From Nitrosospira multiformis ATCC 25196 (GTDB lineage: Bacteria > Pseudomonadota > Gammaproteobacteria > Burkholderiales > Nitrosomonadaceae): 32,000 bases of DNA. This document shows positions 27,985-32,000 of the stretch, piece after piece (positions within the stretch are counted from its first letter, which is position 1; each line of letters opens with the position of its first letter). Both the position numbers and the translations under genes were made by a program. The stretch is from NCBI RefSeq assembly GCF_000196355.1, contig NC_007614.1, positions 2,460,001-2,492,000 of the forward strand, read 5' to 3'. The notes beneath the pieces were generated by a model. That model did no database searches. It saw only the letters and a program-made list of their open reading frames with translations, and was not told where the DNA came from.

Positions 27985-29073
27985 ATGGAACCCATCTATA
28001 ACTTCAGCGCAGGTCCGGCGGTATTACCAAAGGAAGTTTTGCAGCAGGCGCGTGACGAAATGCTTGATTGGCACGGCAGCGGTATGTCGGTGATGGAAAT
28101 GAGTCACCGCGGCAAGGAATTCATGTCCATTGCGGCCAGGCTCGAGACGGATTTGCGGGAATTGGCGAGCATCCCGCCCAACTACAAGGTACTCTTTTTG
28201 TCCGGCGGCGCTTCCAGCCAGTTCGCGATGGTGCCGATGAACCTGGTGCGCGGAAAGAAAAGCGCCAACTATATCAATACTGGCCAGTGGTCCACGAAAG
28301 CGCTCAAGGAAGCGAAAAAATATTGCGCCGTTCATGTTGCAGCTTCCTCGGAAGATGCAAATTTTACGTATGCTCCCACCCAGGATAAATGGAACATCGA
28401 TCCGGAGGGAGCTTATCTGCACTACACGCCCAATGAGACGATTGGCGGAGTGGAGTTCAACTGGATTCCGGACTTGTCGGGTACCGATATACCCCTGGTG
28501 GCGGACATTTCTTCCGCCTTTATGTCACGCCCCCTGGATGTAAGCCGGTTTGGGCTGATTTATGCCGGCACTCAGAAAAACGTGGGTCCCGCAGGCCTCT
28601 GTATCGTCATCGTGCGCGAGGACCTGATAGGAACAACCGTGCCGGGCACACCGACCATGTTCGATTACAAGATTCACGCCGACAACGACTCCATGTACAA
28701 CACGCCGCCGACTTATGCGATGTATATCACGGGGCTGGTGGTGGAATGGCTGAAACAGAAAGGCGGGCTTCAGGCAATGGAGAAAATCAACATTGCCAAG
28801 GCGCGTCTGCTGTACGACTTTCTGGACACTACTGATTTTTATCATTGCCCCGTGGCGAAACCCGACCGGTCGCGCATGAATGTGCCGTTCACTTTAAAAG
28901 ATCCGGGGCTCGATGAAGAGTTTCTGAAACAGGCCCGAACGCACGGCCTCATCCAGTTGAAAGGCCATCGTTCTGTCGGCGGCATGCGCGCTTCGATATA
29001 CAATGCGATGCCGCTTGAAGGCGTAAAGGTCTTGGTGGAATTCATGAAGGAATTTGCGAGCAATCATGCCTGA
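27985..29073 (+). CDS. serC: phosphoserine aminotransferase
   Basis: 362 aa. IYNFSAGPAVLPKEVL, SVMEMSHRGKEF and GTQKNVGPAGL (PLP lysine region) are present, with the C-terminal GGMRASIYNAMP. Confidence 0.95.
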   Translation: MEPIYNFSAGPAVLPKEVLQQARDEMLDWHGSGMSVMEMSHRGKEFMSIAARLETDLRELASIPPNYKVLFLSGGASSQFAMVPMNLVRGKKSANYINTGQWSTKALKEAKKYCAVHVAASSEDANFTYAPTQDKWNIDPEGAYLHYTPNETIGGVEFNWIPDLSGTDIPLVADISSAFMSRPLDVSRFGLIYAGTQKNVGPAGLCIVIVREDLIGTTVPGTPTMFDYKIHADNDSMYNTPPTYAMYITGLVVEWLKQKGGLQAMEKINIAKARLLYDFLDTTDFYHCPVAKPDRSRMNVPFTLKDPGLDEEFLKQARTHGLIQLKGHRSVGGMRASIYNAMPLEGVKVLVEFMKEFASNHA

Positions 29074-30265
29074 ACGTGCACATAAAATCTTCCGGATACT
29101 GACCCTCAACCAGATTTCGCCGCTGGGCCTCAAGCTTTTCAGTTCCAGCCATTATAAAGTGGGCAGCGACACAACCGAGCCCGATGCGATTCTGGTGCGC
29201 TCCCACAATATGCTGGACATGGATATTCCTCCCAGCGTGAAAGCAATAGGCCGGGCCGGGGCAGGCACGAACAACGTACCGGTCAGCGCCATGAACCTGC
29301 GCGGGGTGCCCGTTTTCAATGCGCCGGGAGCCAATGCCAACGCAGTCAAGGAACTGGTGCTGGCAGGCCTGCTGATCGCTTCCCGTAACCTGATTCCGGC
29401 GATTCATTTCACCGAAAAACTGGAAGGCGATAACGAGACCCTGAACAGGCTGTCTGAGAACGGCAAAAAGCAGTTTGCTGGCATCGAACTGCCCAGACGT
29501 ACGCTGGGCATCATTGGCCTGGGCGCAATAGGACGCCTGGTGGCTGATGCAGCGCTTCGGCTTGGCATGAAGGTGATGGGATATGATCCCAATATCACCG
29601 TGGATGCAGCCTGGAACCTGTCCTCGGAGGTCAAGCGCGCGGAAAGCATCGAAGATTTGTTGCGCAACAGCGAGTTTGTAACATTGCACGTACCCCTGCT
29701 AGATTCGACCCGGCACCTCGTCAACCGGCAGGTTGTGCAAAGCATGAGAAACAGTACGATTCTGCTCAACTTTTCGCGTGACGGCATCGTGGATGAAAAT
29801 GCCGTGCTCGAAGGAATCGAGATGGGGAAGATAAAATATTACGTAAGCGATTTCCCCAGCGAAAAGCTTCAACATCATGCAAGGGTTATCACCCTGCCGC
29901 ATCTGGGCGCATCCACTCAGGAAGCGGAAGAGAATTGCGCGGTAATGGTGACGAAGCAGGTAATCGATTATCTGGAGAACGGCGGCATTACCAATGCAGT
30001 CAACTTCCCCAATATAACAATGGAGCGGGAATCCCCTTATCGACTCGCCGTTGCGAATGCCAACGTACCGAACATGGTGGGGCAAATTTCCACCGCCATG
30101 GCGAAAGCCGGTCTCAATATCCACACCATGGGTAACAAGTCTCGCGGCGAAATGGCCTACACCCTGGTGGATGTCGACAGTCCGGTACCCCAGGAAACGA
30201 TCGACGAGATTGCGGCGATAAAGGGTGTGTTGAATGTACGCTACCTGCCGGTACCGGCCAAATAG
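29066..30265 (+). CDS. D-3-phosphoglycerate dehydrogenase-like 2-hydroxyacid dehydrogenase with a C-terminal ACT domain
   Basis: NAD-binding GIIGLGAIGRLVA is present, with the catalytic region ...LLNFSRDGIVDE...HLGAST and a C-terminal ACT-like YRLAVANANVPNMVGQISTAMAKAGLNI. ATG at 29066 overlaps the serC stop. Confidence 0.85.
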   Translation: MPERAHKIFRILTLNQISPLGLKLFSSSHYKVGSDTTEPDAILVRSHNMLDMDIPPSVKAIGRAGAGTNNVPVSAMNLRGVPVFNAPGANANAVKELVLAGLLIASRNLIPAIHFTEKLEGDNETLNRLSENGKKQFAGIELPRRTLGIIGLGAIGRLVADAALRLGMKVMGYDPNITVDAAWNLSSEVKRAESIEDLLRNSEFVTLHVPLLDSTRHLVNRQVVQSMRNSTILLNFSRDGIVDENAVLEGIEMGKIKYYVSDFPSEKLQHHARVITLPHLGASTQEAEENCAVMVTKQVIDYLENGGITNAVNFPNITMERESPYRLAVANANVPNMVGQISTAMAKAGLNIHTMGNKSRGEMAYTLVDVDSPVPQETIDEIAAIKGVLNVRYLPVPAK

Positions 30266-30322
30266 CTGCCATTTCATGTCATAGCTTTGGCAGGTACGGT
30301 TCAAAACAGAAATTATCCCGCG

Positions 30323-31390
30323 ATGACCGCTCAACTCAAACAGCTGCGCGACAAGATAGATGCAATCGACAGCGAACTCCTGAAGCTGGTGAGCGCGCGG
30401 GCAGATCTCGCCCGCGAAATCGGAGAAATCAAGAATGGCACTGCGTATCGGCCCGAACGTGAAGCTCAGGTGCTGGCGCGGATGCGCGAACTGAACCCGG
30501 GGCCCTTGGAGAATGAACAGGTTGCGCGGTTATTTACGGAGATCATGTCTCTCTGTCGATCCATGGAAGAACCTCTGACAGTCGCATACCTGGGACCGAG
30601 GGGCACGTTTTCCGAAGAAGCTGCGCTCAAGCGCTTCGGTAGCGTTGTGACTTCGCTGCCGTGCAATTCGATAGATGACGTATTTAGCAAGGTGGAAGCC
30701 GGCAAGGCAAATTATGGGGTTGTACCGGTAGAGAATTCGACCGAGGGCGCAGTGGGTAGGTCGCTCGATCTGTTGCTGCAAACCCGCTTGAAGGTGTGCG
30801 GCGAAGTGGCGCTGGCCATACATCAGCTTCTGCTGGCGCATCATACCGACCTTGCACGCATTCGCAGGATTTACTCTCATCCTCAATCGTTTGCTCAATG
30901 TCACGAGTGGCTCAATGTCCATTTGCCCCATTTACCCGCGTCGGCAAGAATCAACGCCGCGAGCAATGCGGATGCTGCCAGACTGGCGGCGGAAGATGAA
31001 AGCGCCGCGGCAGTGGCGGGAAAAAAGGCGGGAGAAGTATATGGTCTCACTGTCTGTGCCGAGAACATCGAGGATGATCCCAGCAATACGACCCGCTTCC
31101 TGGTAATAGGTGAGCAGGAAGTCGCCCCTTCCGGCAGGGATAAAACGTCGCTGGTAACGTCGGTCAGGAATCGGCCGGGCGCCATACATGAGTTACTGGC
31201 CCCGTTCGCCCATCATGGAGTCAGCATGACCCGGCTTGAATCGCGCCCGTCCCGTGCGGGTTTATGGGAATACGTGTTTTTTGTGGATGTCGAAGGCCAC
31301 CAGCAGGAGCCGAAAGTCTCCCAGGCGCTGCGCGAACTGGTGGAAAAAGCGGCGTTTCTCAAAGTGCTCGGCTCATATCCCGCAGCCTGA
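30323..31390 (+). CDS. pheA: bifunctional chorismate mutase / prephenate dehydratase (P-protein)
   Basis: The CM domain is LKQLRDKIDAIDSELLKLVSARADLAREIG, the PDT domain is VAYLGPRGTFSEEA...VPVENSTEGAV...TRFLVIG, and the ACT domain is GVSMTRLESRPS. ATG at 30323. Confidence 0.93.
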   Translation: MTAQLKQLRDKIDAIDSELLKLVSARADLAREIGEIKNGTAYRPEREAQVLARMRELNPGPLENEQVARLFTEIMSLCRSMEEPLTVAYLGPRGTFSEEAALKRFGSVVTSLPCNSIDDVFSKVEAGKANYGVVPVENSTEGAVGRSLDLLLQTRLKVCGEVALAIHQLLLAHHTDLARIRRIYSHPQSFAQCHEWLNVHLPHLPASARINAASNADAARLAAEDESAAAVAGKKAGEVYGLTVCAENIEDDPSNTTRFLVIGEQEVAPSGRDKTSLVTSVRNRPGAIHELLAPFAHHGVSMTRLESRPSRAGLWEYVFFVDVEGHQQEPKVSQALRELVEKAAFLKVLGSYPAA

Positions 31391-31656
31391 CCCTCCTCCT
31401 CTGTTTTCTCATAAACCTCCATGCGCTGCCGCGAAATGCCGTAAAGTGAATCCCGTGCGATGATCCAGTTACCCTGCGAAAAATTCGGCGTCATATCATT
31501 GCGGCTCCGCACCCCGGAATCTCCGATGGGGGGCCATGACGAAGATTTTGCCTACGGCCGGGAAACGGGTTATTGCAAGCATGAATCCATGCTTTTTGTG
31601 CGATTGCCTGTCCTGTTGACGGTTATTATTTTCTGCTTTTTCTTCCCTACCATCTT

Positions 31657-32000
31657 ATGAATATTTGCGATCTCGCTCCTGCATATATCCGTGCCATCAG
31701 TCCCTATCAGCCCGGCAAGCCTATTTCTGAACTGGCCCGGGAGATGGGGATGGATGAACAGTCCATCATCAAGCTTGCGTCCAATGAAAACCCCCTGGGA
31801 ACCAGTCCAATGGCCCTGAACGCAATGAGCAAGGCGCTCGACGAGGTTTCGTTGTATCCGGACGGAAGCGGATTTGAGCTGAAAGCAGCGCTGTCCGAGC
31901 GCTATGGCGTGACCAGCGATCAGATTGTGCTGGGCAACGGTTCCAATGACGTTCTGGAGTTGGCCGCGCGCGTATTCCTGAAGCCGGGGGCCTCGACCGT
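31657..32000 (+). CDS. hisC: histidinol-phosphate / aromatic aminotransferase, 5' part; continues past the right edge of the window
   Basis: [57 protein letters not shown]...[32 protein letters not shown] is the class-II aminotransferase N-terminal pattern. It is open to the window end and is not in the ORF track. Confidence 0.85.
   Translation, partial: MNICDLAPAYIRAISPYQPGKPISELAREMGMDEQSIIKLASNENPLGTSPMALNAMSKALDEVSLYPDGSGFELKAALSERYGVTSDQIVLGNGSNDVLELAARVFLKPGAST

Noticed and set aside
29042-30334. 215-aa and 211-aa minus-strand ORFs
   Set aside because: They are antisense to the PGDH-like gene, whose NAD-binding and ACT motifs are clear. They have no motifs of their own.

Overview
This looks like a betaproteobacterial chromosome segment, based on ubiG-gph and gyrA-serC-(PGDH)-pheA-hisC synteny; the taxon call is an inference. 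It splits into three parts. (1) 1-10.8 kb is an accessory-looking mosaic. It holds a cytochrome P450, a YegP/DUF1508 protein, an M32 carboxypeptidase and a PhnB-like protein. The last two are flanked by ~460-bp direct repeats that each carry a paralogous ~110-aa orphan gene. It also holds an intact IS2-group IS3-family element with a 5-bp target duplication, inserted into a decayed IS407-group remnant, plus a GSP26/PNPOx-like protein and an orphan 190-aa gene. (2) 10,860-20,676 is a ~9.8-kb integrative island next to the tmRNA gene (ssrA). It is bounded by 120-bp direct repeats that differ at one base. It carries a P4-type tyrosine integrase, a 197-aa orphan, an AlpA-like HTH protein, a DUF927-type P-loop replicase/helicase gene broken by one in-frame amber codon, and a Type III restriction-modification operon (mod-res). 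A 629-bp non-coding gap inside it holds about two dozen GTAAC-core motifs. (3) 20.7-32 kb is core housekeeping: ssrA, gph, ubiG, an MtaD-like amidohydrolase, an OmpA-family protein, gyrA, serC, a PGDH-like dehydrogenase, pheA and the start of hisC. The most interesting signal is the GTAAC/GTTACC motif system. It forms the dense internal array and also appears as helically phased NTTACCGTC triplets at both island ends. Together with the replicase-like gene, this suggests an undescribed iteron or arm-site architecture for a small defence-carrying, satellite-like element. All functional calls come from motifs I recognised by eye; no database search was run.
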